A stretch of DNA of 64,000 nucleotides, taken from Escherichia phage JS10. The notes under the pieces are model-generated. The model saw only the letters and a program-made list of their open reading frames with translations. It did not search any database and was not told where the DNA came from. Below are positions 42,568 through 51,796 of the stretch, piece after piece; position 1 is the first letter of the stretch, and the number at the start of each line of letters is the position of its first letter. Where the stretch lies: sequence record EU863409, one strand, 5' to 3'. The position numbers were made by a program, and so were the translations under genes.

Positions 42568-43850
42568 TGTCTAAGATTATAGACCTAATTAAAGAATCCA
42601 CATTGACGGCTGCCAACTCGGTTGGCCGTCCTGCTCTTCTTTCATACACCCAAGCAACTAATAAACGAATCTTTAAAGCCCTAGTTGCTGAACAAAAAAC
42701 AAGCCAACCTGTTGCCGCTCTGTACGGGGTTCGTGTACTTAATCCTGACGACAAAATGACTTATCTTGGTGGCGCTACATTTGCAGGCCAGATTGGTATG
42801 TCGGAACGTGAAAATATTCCTGAATTTACCGATTCGTCTACAGCTTATGCAGCCGGCGATATGTTCCAGTTTGAAAGTGTAGTGTTTAAAGTTCTAGAAG
42901 CATCTCCTTTCGCCGGAACCACAGAAACCGACCTCGGTGAAGTTATTTCTGAAGCAGTGGCCGCTGGGCATATTCGTATGGTATCAGATGCTGCTATTAC
43001 TTCTAAATTTGAACAAGGCCACCCTGAAATTGCTGAAGCAGGCTTCCGTATTGACAAATGGCAATCTGAAGTTAAATCACGTAAACTGAAAACTTCATTG
43101 ACAGTCGAATTGGCCCAAGACCTAGAATCAAACGGGTTTAATGCTCCTAATTTCGTTGAAAATCTGCTAGGCATTCAAATGGCAGAAGAAATTAATAAGG
43201 ACGTATTACAGTCATTAATTACGGTGAGTTCTCGTTTTAAAGTCCAAGGTGTTTCTGAAAAGGGCGTATTAGACCTTACCAACCCACGTTACGATAATGC
43301 CCAGGACCGTGCTCGTACATTATATTATTACATGTGTGAGATGAACTCTGCCGTCCAACGTCAAACTTCTTTCGCCGGGACTTATGCAGTAGCTAGTTCT
43401 CGTTGTGCTGCTATTCTCGCCGCTTCCGGTTGGGTTGAGAAAAAGGAAGACCAAGACGAATTGGCTTATGGTGTATTAAAGAATGGTCTGCCTCTTTATG
43501 CCGATATGAATAGTCCATGTGATTATGTTATTGTTGGTGTAAATGCTCAGATGGGTGAAGGACAGACGGTCGCATCTTTATATTATGCGCCTTATACGGA
43601 AGGTTTGGATGTGGTTGATGAAGAAGGTGATACTTCAGTAGGTGAATTTAAGGTTATTGTTGACCCAGAAAGCTTACAACCTACAGTAGCATTGCTTGCT
43701 CGTTATGCATTGACTGCAAACCCTTATACCGTCGCTAAGGACGATAAAGAAGCCCGCATTATTGATGGCTCTGATATGGACAAAATGGCTAACCAAAGCC
43801 AGTTGAGTTCTTATCTTGGTGTAAAACTTCCTCCATTGGATAAAAACTAA
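42567..43850 (+). CDS. gp24 capsid vertex protein, copy B (diverged tandem paralog)
   Basis: 427 aa, roughly half identical to copy A by eye (shared LKTxLTVELAQD, EINKDVLQSLITVS, PYTVAKDDKEARIID). Confidence 0.9.
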   Translation: MSKIIDLIKESTLTAANSVGRPALLSYTQATNKRIFKALVAEQKTSQPVAALYGVRVLNPDDKMTYLGGATFAGQIGMSERENIPEFTDSSTAYAAGDMFQFESVVFKVLEASPFAGTTETDLGEVISEAVAAGHIRMVSDAAITSKFEQGHPEIAEAGFRIDKWQSEVKSRKLKTSLTVELAQDLESNGFNAPNFVENLLGIQMAEEINKDVLQSLITVSSRFKVQGVSEKGVLDLTNPRYDNAQDRARTLYYYMCEMNSAVQRQTSFAGTYAVASSRCAAILAASGWVEKKEDQDELAYGVLKNGLPLYADMNSPCDYVIVGVNAQMGEGQTVASLYYAPYTEGLDVVDEEGDTSVGEFKVIVDPESLQPTVALLARYALTANPYTVAKDDKEARIIDGSDMDKMANQSQLSSYLGVKLPPLDKN

Positions 43851-43877
43851 AAAGGGACCTCACGGTCCCTTTACTGT

Positions 43878-44885
43878 TTATTTGGATACTAGTTCAATCC
43901 ATACAGCTCGTAGCGTATCTTTAACGCACTCAACGAGCTGCTTTTTAACTTCAACAGGGTTTTCTGCATCGGTTAATTCTAATTCTTCACGGGCTGCCTC
44001 TTCCAAAATATCTTGGACCGTCAAGCCCATTACCTTTCCAAAATCTTTAGGTGTTACTTCACCAATCTTACTGATAACGTTATTGATACGGTTAACTGTC
44101 ACATAATCTGTGAATTGCCACATCAAGTCCATATCGTCTTGGGACAATACTACTGCAGCCTTAATAGGCTTATCAGATTTTTTCTTCTCGCTGAATTTAG
44201 AGTTCTTACATTTAATCGCTACACGATTTCCATTAGGAAGCCAGATTGGAACATCAGGTTTCAGTACAAAGCCTTCAGCCGTAAATACTTTACCTTCGAC
44301 CTTAGGAATAAAATCGGTTGAGTTAGCAATGGTTAAACCTGCATTATCCACTGCAAAATTGTAATCTGGGATAACAGAATCAAAATCATTCGGCAGTTTA
44401 ATAAGGTCTTCAAAGCTACCTGTGGCTAAGCACGGAGCAACCTTAAACTTATGGATAATACAGAAAGCTTCCATAAGGGTATCAGTTAAAACGGATTCGG
44501 TGCCATCTTCTTTAGTAACACGGATATCAAATACATAAAAGTCTTTATCGCCGTAATCCACATTCTTCTGGATACCCGTACCAGCGAACTCGCCATAAAT
44601 TTGGTACGACTGATAATTAATAGATTCGATTAGATGTTGAACAGATTTAATAGAATCAGCATAGTTCTTAAGTACAATTTCATAGCCATAGAAATCTTCG
44701 GCCGGGAGAATTGGGCCAGTGCGCTTGGCGCACGTGACTGCGTCACGTTCTATGATTAAACTAAAGTTGGTTCCATGAATCTTCTCACGTGCTACCCATT
44801 CACCACCAGTCAAACCATGGGTACGGAGTTTTTCGATAAACTTACTGTTGTAATGGTTTTCCAGACTGCTATATTTCTTGAACAT
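43878..44885 (-). CDS. rnlB: RNA ligase 2
   Basis: [20 protein letters not shown]...[14 protein letters not shown] and C-terminal region match recalled T4 Rnl2; start at Met 44885. Confidence 0.95.
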   Translation of the reverse strand: MFKKYSSLENHYNSKFIEKLRTHGLTGGEWVAREKIHGTNFSLIIERDAVTCAKRTGPILPAEDFYGYEIVLKNYADSIKSVQHLIESINYQSYQIYGEFAGTGIQKNVDYGDKDFYVFDIRVTKEDGTESVLTDTLMEAFCIIHKFKVAPCLATGSFEDLIKLPNDFDSVIPDYNFAVDNAGLTIANSTDFIPKVEGKVFTAEGFVLKPDVPIWLPNGNRVAIKCKNSKFSEKKKSDKPIKAAVVLSQDDMDLMWQFTDYVTVNRINNVISKIGEVTPKDFGKVMGLTVQDILEEAAREELELTDAENPVEVKKQLVECVKDTLRAVWIELVSK

Positions 44886-44886
44886 A

Positions 44887-45255
44887 TTATTTGCTTCCAT
44901 AATCAATTTTAACTAATTTACCTTTAAGGTAACCATAATTTGAAGGTTTACAATCAGACATATACATGCTTTCTACCAGAGTGTGGTGCCTAGCATGGTG
45001 TATTTCTGTTTTCCACAACCCTATATTAGTAACTTCTTTGGCCCTTGGCATAACTATAACAAGTCCTAACCAAGATTTCCATATAACAGGACACAAATAC
45101 GGGTCCTTCAATGATGAGAATTCATGTTCTGTTATATTGCAATAGAGTCCAGTTAAAAACAGTTTCCAACTATAGAAGCTTGGTATCTTAATGGCGTATC
45201 GTTTCGTCAGGAAGACCTGCCGGGTTGCACCATTTCTTTTTCTGATAAATGGCAT
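44887..45255 (-). CDS. hypothetical protein with protein-kinase-like motifs
   Basis: 122 aa; GATRQVF...YAIK, then DCKPSN and IDYG at kinase-like spacing; too short for a full kinase; tentative. Confidence 0.45.
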   Translation of the reverse strand: MPFIRKRNGATRQVFLTKRYAIKIPSFYSWKLFLTGLYCNITEHEFSSLKDPYLCPVIWKSWLGLVIVMPRAKEVTNIGLWKTEIHHARHHTLVESMYMSDCKPSNYGYLKGKLVKIDYGSK

Positions 45256-45370
45256 AAAACCACCATAATAAATATAATTAAATAGAAGAGCTAGTAATCT
45301 TCTGTCACCAAGCCAAATGGTTTAACGGAAGGACCTAGACCCATTATAACACACCTAAATTTAAAGCATA

Positions 45371-45580
45371 TTACTTTGAACTAGAACGCGCTTTGCGCCG
45401 AACCTTGTTGTTCAATCTTTTACGATAAACAACCTTTTCTTTTGATTTAAATTTCTCTTTGGCTTGTTCTACATCGACCCAAGCTTTAGCCATGTCCTTA
45501 GCAGTACCACCTAATTTTTTAGCAATTTCTATAAAATTTAGTCCAGATTCGTGTAAAAAATGTACTTTAACCTTATCCAT
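45371..45580 (-). CDS. small basic putative HTH DNA-binding protein
   Basis: Met at 45580 preferred over track start 45619; segment LNFIEIAKKLGGTAKDMAKAW resembles HTH; lysine/arginine-rich C-terminus. Confidence 0.4.
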   Translation of the reverse strand: MDKVKVHFLHESGLNFIEIAKKLGGTAKDMAKAWVDVEQAKEKFKSKEKVVYRKRLNNKVRRKARSSSK

Positions 45581-45650
45581 AACAATTCTCTTGTTGAGTT
45601 GGTAAAGCCATCTTAACATAGGATTTTTAACTTGTAAACAGGAGTATTAA

Positions 45651-46658
45651 ATGGCAGATTCTATTTTTGGTCATGACGGTCGAGGGACCTTTTCCGGTAT
45701 TGCTTTAAAGGAATCGGATACTGTTATCCCTTTTGAAAAAATTCTTACTAAAGAAAGTCTTATAAACCCGGCAAGATTGGTAGGGAGTAATTCGTATGGC
45801 TTAGGCTTGGTTAGTAAATCCGGAAGAGCTGAAGTTCTGGCCCATTTGGGGATAACCGAAGAAATGTTATCCCCTGGTATCCCTGGCCCTAAAGGTGAAA
45901 GCATTGTAGGACCGAGAGGCCCGGCTGGTCCTGTAGGCCCTGTGGGTCTAAATTGGAAAGGAACATGGAGTGCTGCAACAGCCTATGTTAAGGATGATGC
46001 AGTAGGGTACAATGGGGCTTCTTATTTTTGCGTTCAGGATTCTACCGGTAATAATCCTGCTGAAGAAAACAGCCTTTACTGGGCCTTATTGGCTTCTCAG
46101 GGTGCACAAGGCGAACAGGGTATCCCGGGTAAAGATGGTGAGCAGGGTCCGCAAGGTGTTCAAGGTCCTCCTGGGGTGGATGGGATTGATGGACTTGACG
46201 GAGCTACTGGCCCTCTAGGTCCTCAGGGTCCTCAAGGCGAACCTGGTAAAGATGGCACAGATTTGTTTTCATTCCATAAGTATACCAACGTTGCTGCTGG
46301 GTACGGTGAAATAAAAATACCTGGGGTCGCCAATACGGTTCTTAGAGTTAGATTGGTTAACAACCAAATAGAATACAGCATTTTAAGTAAAGGTGGGACT
46401 ACCCGATATTGTGATTATCACTTTGTTGCTCCTAGTGTTTCGGGTGGAACGGTTACTACCGGTGGCGGAACTAAGACTTTGTCTCCTACAGGCTCATTTG
46501 TTATAGTAAGTGCGGCATATAACGGGCTACGTCCTATTAATATAACCTTAAAGGAATGGGGTTCTAAAACAATTTCAGAAATAACAGTATTTCAACACGG
46601 GCGCAGTGTAGATTCTAATAAACCTATATTGGTTAAAATGGTTAGTTTCCCTTATTAA
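45651..46658 (+). CDS. collagen-like repeat protein with CBM5/12-like domain
   Basis: Two G-X-Y blocks flanking WSAATAYVKDDAVGYNGASYFCV...LYWALLA (chitin-binding type 3-like motif); C-terminal globular region. Confidence 0.75.
   Translation: MADSIFGHDGRGTFSGIALKESDTVIPFEKILTKESLINPARLVGSNSYGLGLVSKSGRAEVLAHLGITEEMLSPGIPGPKGESIVGPRGPAGPVGPVGLNWKGTWSAATAYVKDDAVGYNGASYFCVQDSTGNNPAEENSLYWALLASQGAQGEQGIPGKDGEQGPQGVQGPPGVDGIDGLDGATGPLGPQGPQGEPGKDGTDLFSFHKYTNVAAGYGEIKIPGVANTVLRVRLVNNQIEYSILSKGGTTRYCDYHFVAPSVSGGTVTTGGGTKTLSPTGSFVIVSAAYNGLRPINITLKEWGSKTISEITVFQHGRSVDSNKPILVKMVSFPY
46101..46256 (+). repeat. collagen G-X-Y triplet coding repeat
   Basis: About 17 consecutive GXY triplets. Confidence 0.8.
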
Positions 46659-46669
46659 TTGGAGGTAGC

Positions 46670-47530
46670 ATGTCTATACAAGTAAATGGACCTCATTATG
46701 AATTGGTTGGGAGAACGGTAACTCTTAGGGCTGTTTTATCTGAATCTTTAACTGACGCTGATATAAAATGGTACAAAAACGGTGTAAACGTTCCATTATT
46801 AGATAAAGAAGACCCGATGTATCTAAATCTTTGGGATGTAGGGTTTCCGGCTTCTGGGACCTATTATGCAATAGCAACCGATAAACTTACACAAGAGGTT
46901 TTTCAAAGCGACGATTTTGTTTTAGAAATAGGAATGGAGCCTAGAGATATAGTTATTTCCGTAGAAAATTTAGATGCTATCGTAAAGGCGGCCATAGGTC
47001 AAAAAGTTTCTTTACAACCTTTAATTTCTATGGGTGCCACGCCCTGGGCTGAAGTCGAGTGTGAATGGTGGAAATACGATAAAATGGTTTCAAATGTAAA
47101 GGATTTGGACGTTGATATAAATCCTTCTATGTACGGGACATATTCACTTAATGTTTCTGCTACCGCTGAAGGAGCCTATAATCCGTATCATGATATAGTT
47201 ACGGTAGATATCATGCCTTTAGATGGTATTTTACCAGAACCTGAAGTGTGTCCTTTTATATACTCGAATGATTTAAATCAATATTTGTCTTATCCTGGTG
47301 GAAGAAATAGGGCTCATATGTGGATAGGTTGGTGGGTATTGGATGAGATAAAAGGAGCCCTTGCTAAAGACCAGGATTGGGCTATCAATATAGAAGATAG
47401 CAATTTTAGGTATAAGTGTGAGCTCATGAAAGTGGCAGAACTTTTGTCACGATATCCTGATGTAGAAATACAGGAATCAAGAAATGGATACATTTTGAAT
47501 AGGAAGCACCTGACATTAAATGTCATATAA
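46670..47530 (+). CDS. Hoc-like Ig-domain protein (short paralog)
   Basis: Ig-like region (WYKNG...SGTYYAIATD) plus C-terminal about 70 aa similar to Hoc C-terminus (WIGWWVLDEI...YPDVEIQESRNGYIL). Confidence 0.7.
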   Translation: MSIQVNGPHYELVGRTVTLRAVLSESLTDADIKWYKNGVNVPLLDKEDPMYLNLWDVGFPASGTYYAIATDKLTQEVFQSDDFVLEIGMEPRDIVISVENLDAIVKAAIGQKVSLQPLISMGATPWAEVECEWWKYDKMVSNVKDLDVDINPSMYGTYSLNVSATAEGAYNPYHDIVTVDIMPLDGILPEPEVCPFIYSNDLNQYLSYPGGRNRAHMWIGWWVLDEIKGALAKDQDWAINIEDSNFRYKCELMKVAELLSRYPDVEIQESRNGYILNRKHLTLNVI

Positions 47531-47535
47531 CAAAA

Positions 47536-47562
47536 CGGGAGAGCGAAAGCTCTCCCGTTTTT
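47536..47562. terminator. bidirectional rho-independent terminator between convergent hoc-like genes
   Basis: CGGGAGAGC-gaaa-GCTCTCCCG, 9-bp stem, flanked by AAAA upstream and TTTTT downstream. Confidence 0.8.
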
Positions 47563-47574
47563 ATTTAGCCAAAA

Positions 47575-48984
47575 TTAGTAAAAATAAATTATACCTGTGT
47601 CAAGAGCCGAACGATGGATAATTCTTCCATTTCGTGATTCTTGTACATCAACCTCTGGATAATCCGCAACCATTTTTTGAAGAGTGTAGCGATGGAGATA
47701 ATAATTGCTATCTGGGTCATCAGTTTTCCAATCTTTACCTTCAAGTGTCATTTTCTGGATTTCATCCATAACCCACCAACCGGCCCAAATATACGCTGAA
47801 TTACGAACCGGCAGCGGATGGACGTAAGGTAGTTCGCCTTCCGGTTCAGGAGCAACTTTAGGCGTAATTGTTACATTACCAGATTTTTTGACAGTCACAG
47901 GATTATAGTCGGTAGCCGAAACCACAACAGAAACTTCAATAACCTGTGAACCTTCAGCACTTGTATCGACTACTAAAGTATCTGTGGTGCCGGCAACAGG
48001 TGAACCATCTTTCTTCCAAGAATATGCAAAAGTAGCACCAGCAGGCGCACCTGCTACGGTAGCTTTAAAAGAAGCTGGAGTTCCTTCCGGAGTATTAATA
48101 GAGGCCGGCGCTAAAGTAACAGAAACACCTGTCATGGTCTTTTTAGTAATTGTTACACTTCCGGTTTTGGTAACGGTTAAATCGTTATAATCCGTACCTT
48201 TTAGGACTACCGAAACTTCAATAGTGTAAGAACCTACTGTAGATGTATCAACAGCAAGGGTATTACTGCTTTCGCCCGGAATAATAGAACCATTTTTCTT
48301 CCAAGAATAAGTTGCATTTACGCCGGAAGGAGCGCCAACTACATCCGCTTTAAACTGTGCAGATGAGCCTTTCTCTGTACTAATTGAGGCTGGTGTTAAA
48401 GTAACGGAAGCACCTGATATAGTTTTCTTAACAAAAGTTACCGCAATACCTTTAGTAGCTGTAGCCGGGTCATATTCAGGGGCGGTAACAGTAACTTCAC
48501 AGTTCAACGTGTAATTTGCTTCTGCTGCTTCAGTTACAGTAATAGTTTTACCAGTTTGACCTGAAATTACAGTTGTATTACGTTTCCAAACATAAGCCAT
48601 TGTAGCGCCAGCAGGGACACCCGATACGTTAGCAGTAACAACTTGGGATTGACCGATTTCTTTAGAAACGGAAGTAGGGTCTAAGGTCAAAGAAAGAGCC
48701 CCAATGGTCTTATTAGCTACAGTAACTTCAAAAGTTTTTTCAGCTACCTCAGGTTCGCCTTCGGTCGGAGTAGAAGTTGCTACTACTTTTAAAACTTTCT
48801 TACCAGCTGGAGCCGCACCGGTATATCTCAAAACATTGGTGGCCTCTGGATTAGAAGCACCGTCAATGGTCCATACATATGTAACGGTTCCTTCTACAGC
48901 TGCACCTGTTGCGGTAGCAGTGTAGTTGGCGCTTTCGCCTATTTTAATAGACGCAGCGCCGGCTATACTTACAGTAAAAGCCAT
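47575..48984 (-). CDS. hoc: Hoc highly immunogenic outer capsid protein
   Basis: 469 aa: four tandem Ig-like modules of about 95 aa and C-terminal capsid-binding-like domain; position between rnlB and inh as in T4. Confidence 0.85.
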   Translation of the reverse strand: MAFTVSIAGAASIKIGESANYTATATGAAVEGTVTYVWTIDGASNPEATNVLRYTGAAPAGKKVLKVVATSTPTEGEPEVAEKTFEVTVANKTIGALSLTLDPTSVSKEIGQSQVVTANVSGVPAGATMAYVWKRNTTVISGQTGKTITVTEAAEANYTLNCEVTVTAPEYDPATATKGIAVTFVKKTISGASVTLTPASISTEKGSSAQFKADVVGAPSGVNATYSWKKNGSIIPGESSNTLAVDTSTVGSYTIEVSVVLKGTDYNDLTVTKTGSVTITKKTMTGVSVTLAPASINTPEGTPASFKATVAGAPAGATFAYSWKKDGSPVAGTTDTLVVDTSAEGSQVIEVSVVVSATDYNPVTVKKSGNVTITPKVAPEPEGELPYVHPLPVRNSAYIWAGWWVMDEIQKMTLEGKDWKTDDPDSNYYLHRYTLQKMVADYPEVDVQESRNGRIIHRSALDTGIIYFY

Positions 48985-48993
48985 ATTTTACCC

Positions 48994-49665
48994 TTATTTT
49001 AAAGTTACGAAAGATGAATTACGCGTTTCACGTACTAATACTGAACCATTACGATTAATGTAATAAATCAGACTGAATAGTGTTTGGTGGGCAGATGGGT
49101 GTTGGAAATCTTTAGGGCGTTCTTTCCAATCAGGGGTTTCGGTAATCCATTGATAAATCCACCAAGGCACGGTACAATACCCTGGGTTTTTACCAATGAG
49201 TAAAAGATTAGGGCTAAAGTTTTCAGGCAAAGAGAATACAGGTTTTTCCGATTCAATAACCTTGGTTACGGCCTCTTTGAATTTCTCTTCGACAAACGGA
49301 ACATCTTCTTCAATAATCTCTACCTTAGGAAGTTCGGCTACCTCAATAACTTCAACTACTGCTTCAGGGGCATCAAATAATAGGGTAGCTTCTTCTTTGG
49401 CAGGTTCCGCACCATCAACAAATTCGTTAGCGCCTGTGAGTTCGTCGGCGGCATCAATCAAATCAGAAATAGACAAACCTTCGGTTTCTGGAAGTGGTTC
49501 ATCAGCCAAGGCTTTAAGGCCTTCAGAGATATCGATAATCAAATTATCAAACGAACGGGTTTTCTTAAGTTTTAAACCGAATTGTTCGCCGTATTCGATT
49601 AACTTAGCTTTAGCTTCTTTTTTATCTTCGAGTGCACGAAGCTCTTCAATATATTGAGTATCCAT
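48994..49665 (-). CDS. inh: Inh-like protein (inhibitor of prohead protease), positional call
   Basis: 223 aa between hoc and uvsW as in T4; minus-strand late promoter upstream. Confidence 0.5.
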   Translation of the reverse strand: MDTQYIEELRALEDKKEAKAKLIEYGEQFGLKLKKTRSFDNLIIDISEGLKALADEPLPETEGLSISDLIDAADELTGANEFVDGAEPAKEEATLLFDAPEAVVEVIEVAELPKVEIIEEDVPFVEEKFKEAVTKVIESEKPVFSLPENFSPNLLLIGKNPGYCTVPWWIYQWITETPDWKERPKDFQHPSAHQTLFSLIYYINRNGSVLVRETRNSSFVTLK

Positions 49666-49684
49666 AATTAGTCTCTTGTTGGTG

Positions 49685-49692
49685 TATAAATA
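49685..49692 (+). promoter_or_regulatory. late promoter box TATAAATA (uvsW)
   Basis: Exact octamer 28 bp upstream of uvsW ATG. Confidence 0.6.
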
Positions 49693-49698
49693 TAATTA

Positions 49699-49706
49699 TA
49701 TTTATA
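49699..49706 (-). promoter_or_regulatory. late promoter box TATAAATA (inh-like gene)
   Basis: Exact octamer on minus strand about 34 bp upstream of start at 49665. Confidence 0.55.
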
Positions 49707-49720
49707 ACTGAGAATTAGAC

Positions 49721-51217
49721 ATGCAAATTCAAGTACATTTTGATAATTTTAGTCATGTTCGTGTCGAGTGTGATGAATCCACCTTCTACGAACTCAGAGA
49801 CTATTTCAGCTTTGAAGCTGATGGATATAAATTTAACCCTAAATACCGTTACGGGCAATGGGATGGGAGAATTCGTCTTCTAGATTATAACCGTAAACTT
49901 CCATATGGTCTAGTCCCACAAATTAAAAAATTCGCTGACCAGTTTGAATACTCTCTGTGGATTGACCCACGTATTCTTGAACAGGAAGATATTTCTCGCG
50001 AAGATTTTGACTCATGGGTAGCTTCACAAGAGATTTATTCAGGTTCTACCAAGATTGAGCCGCATTGGTATCAGAATGAAGCCGTATACAACGGTCTGAC
50101 GAAACGTCGTGCAATTCTGAATTTACCTACATCTGCAGGTAAATCATTGATTCAGGCGCTCCTGAGTAGATATTATGTTGAGAACTATGAAGGTAAAATT
50201 CTTATCTTAGTTCCTACTACTGCACTTGTTGACCAGATGATTAATGACTTCATTGATTATCGTTTGTTCCCTAAAGCTGCTATGCTTGGTATTCGTTCAG
50301 GTACTGCTCGTGATTCCGATGCAATGATTTATGTTTCAACTTATCAAACGGCTATTAAACAACCTAAAGAATGGTTTGCTCAGTTTGGTATGTTTATGAA
50401 CGACGAATGCCATTTGGCGACAGGTAAATCAATTTCTACCATCATCGAAGGCCTAACCAATTGTATGTTTAAATTCGGTTTGTCTGGTTCTTTAAAAGAC
50501 GGTAAAGCCAATTTAATGCAATATATGGGTTTGTTTGGTGATGTGTTTAAGCCAGTATCCACTTCGCAGTTAATGGAAGAAGGACAGGTTACAGACCTTA
50601 AAATCAACAGTATTTTCCTTCGTTATCCGGATGAATTCACTGTTAAGATGAAAGGTAAAGATTACCAATCAGAAATAAAGGTCATTACTAAGGCTACTCG
50701 TCGTAATAAATGGGTTGCTAATTTAGCTGTTAAACTCGCTAAGAAAGAAGAGAACGTATTCCTGATGTTTAAAAACATCGAACACGGTAAAACTCTTTTT
50801 GAAATGGTTAAAGAGCAACATAAAGAAGTTTATTACGTATCAGGTGAAGTTAATACCGAAACGCGTAATGCTCTGAAAGTAATGGCGGAAAATGGTAAGG
50901 GTATTATTGTTGTGGCAAGTTATGGTGTGTTCTCTACTGGTATTTCCGTTAAGAACCTTCATCATGTTGTATTTGCTCATCCGGTAAAATCCAAAATCAT
51001 TGTACTCCAGACAATCGGTCGTGTACTCCGTAAACATGCTTCTAAATCAACAGCACAAGTTTGGGACATTATAGACGACATGGGCGTTAAGCCTAAATCA
51101 GCAAATGCTAAAAAGAAATATGTTCATTTGAATTATGCATTAAAACATGCCTTAGAACGTATTCAACGTTATGCTGACGAGAAATTTAATTACGTAATGA
51201 AACAGGTGGATTTATGA
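49721..51217 (+). CDS. uvsW: UvsW DNA/RNA helicase
   Basis: 498 aa; near-colinear with recalled T4 UvsW incl. LNLPTSAGKS, MNDECHLATGKS (DECH box), VVASYGVFSTGISVKNLHHVV, ADEKFNYVMK. Confidence 0.97.
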   Translation: MQIQVHFDNFSHVRVECDESTFYELRDYFSFEADGYKFNPKYRYGQWDGRIRLLDYNRKLPYGLVPQIKKFADQFEYSLWIDPRILEQEDISREDFDSWVASQEIYSGSTKIEPHWYQNEAVYNGLTKRRAILNLPTSAGKSLIQALLSRYYVENYEGKILILVPTTALVDQMINDFIDYRLFPKAAMLGIRSGTARDSDAMIYVSTYQTAIKQPKEWFAQFGMFMNDECHLATGKSISTIIEGLTNCMFKFGLSGSLKDGKANLMQYMGLFGDVFKPVSTSQLMEEGQVTDLKINSIFLRYPDEFTVKMKGKDYQSEIKVITKATRRNKWVANLAVKLAKKEENVFLMFKNIEHGKTLFEMVKEQHKEVYYVSGEVNTETRNALKVMAENGKGIIVVASYGVFSTGISVKNLHHVVFAHPVKSKIIVLQTIGRVLRKHASKSTAQVWDIIDDMGVKPKSANAKKKYVHLNYALKHALERIQRYADEKFNYVMKQVDL

Positions 51218-51441
51218 AGTCCTTTAAAGAAGTTATCTATGAAGCCTCTATCGAGAGCTTCATGTCTAAAATTAGTTCTTGTCAGACCATGGAAGGTCTG
51301 GAGGAATTAGAGAAGTATTACAAAACTCGTAGTAAGGAAGCCGAACTTCGTGATTCGGATGATATCAGCGTACGCGATGCATTGGCTGGTAAGAGAGCCG
51401 AATTGGAGTCGATGGACGACGAGGAAGAGGAAGATTTCTAA
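51214..51441 (+). CDS. uvsW.1: UvsW.1-like small protein
   Basis: 75 aa immediately after uvsW (ATGA overlap); size matches T4 UvsW.1. Confidence 0.75.
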   Translation: MKSFKEVIYEASIESFMSKISSCQTMEGLEELEKYYKTRSKEAELRDSDDISVRDALAGKRAELESMDDEEEEDF

Positions 51442-51443
51442 AC

Positions 51444-51471
51444 AAAAAAGGCCCAACCTTTCGGAAGGGCC
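51444..51471 (-). terminator. rho-independent terminator, repeated element copy 3
   Basis: Same hairpin and A-run as copies at 3620 and 4242; oriented to stop leftward uvsY-region transcripts. Confidence 0.55.
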
Positions 51472-51501
51472 AATAACCATAAAATGGCTATACACACTAG
51501 A

Positions 51502-51669
51502 CTAAAGTAATAATTGTGTTTCGTTCAGCTGTTCTTCAGTGTTTTCCGTAACAGGCATGCTTTGAACGTAATTATAACATGAACCCGGATGAACCGGACC
51601 TTTTTCTGTTTCAACAACCAATGCAGCATCGATTGGAGTTTTACAGACAACGCAAATCTTATCTGACAT
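51502..51669 (-). CDS. small CxxC-containing protein (uvsY.-2 position)
   Basis: 55-aa ORF below track cutoff, found by manual translation: MSDKICVVCKTPIDAALVVETEKGPVHPGSC...; AAGGAG SD. Confidence 0.45.
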   Translation of the reverse strand: MSDKICVVCKTPIDAALVVETEKGPVHPGSCYNYVQSMPVTENTEEQLNETQLLL

Positions 51670-51697
51670 GATTGTCTCCTTAGTTTAACTTACATAT

Positions 51698-51796
51698 CTA
51701 TTTATTACTTGCTAAAGCGGCATTAATGAATTCTTGGAGAAGTTTCATCTTATCGGCATCTACTTTAATGGGTTTGGTATTTTTAGTACGTCTCAT
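51698..51796 (-). CDS. tiny ORF (uvsY.-1 position)
   Basis: 32-aa ORF MRRTKNTKPIKVDADKMKLLQEFINAALASNK, start overlapping uvsY stop (TAATG); weak. Confidence 0.3.
   Translation of the reverse strand: MRRTKNTKPIKVDADKMKLLQEFINAALASNK

Noticed and set aside
49196-49657. 153-aa Ser-rich plus-strand ORF opposite the inh-like gene
   Set aside because: Low-complexity antisense translation; the minus-strand frame fits gene order and promoter placement.
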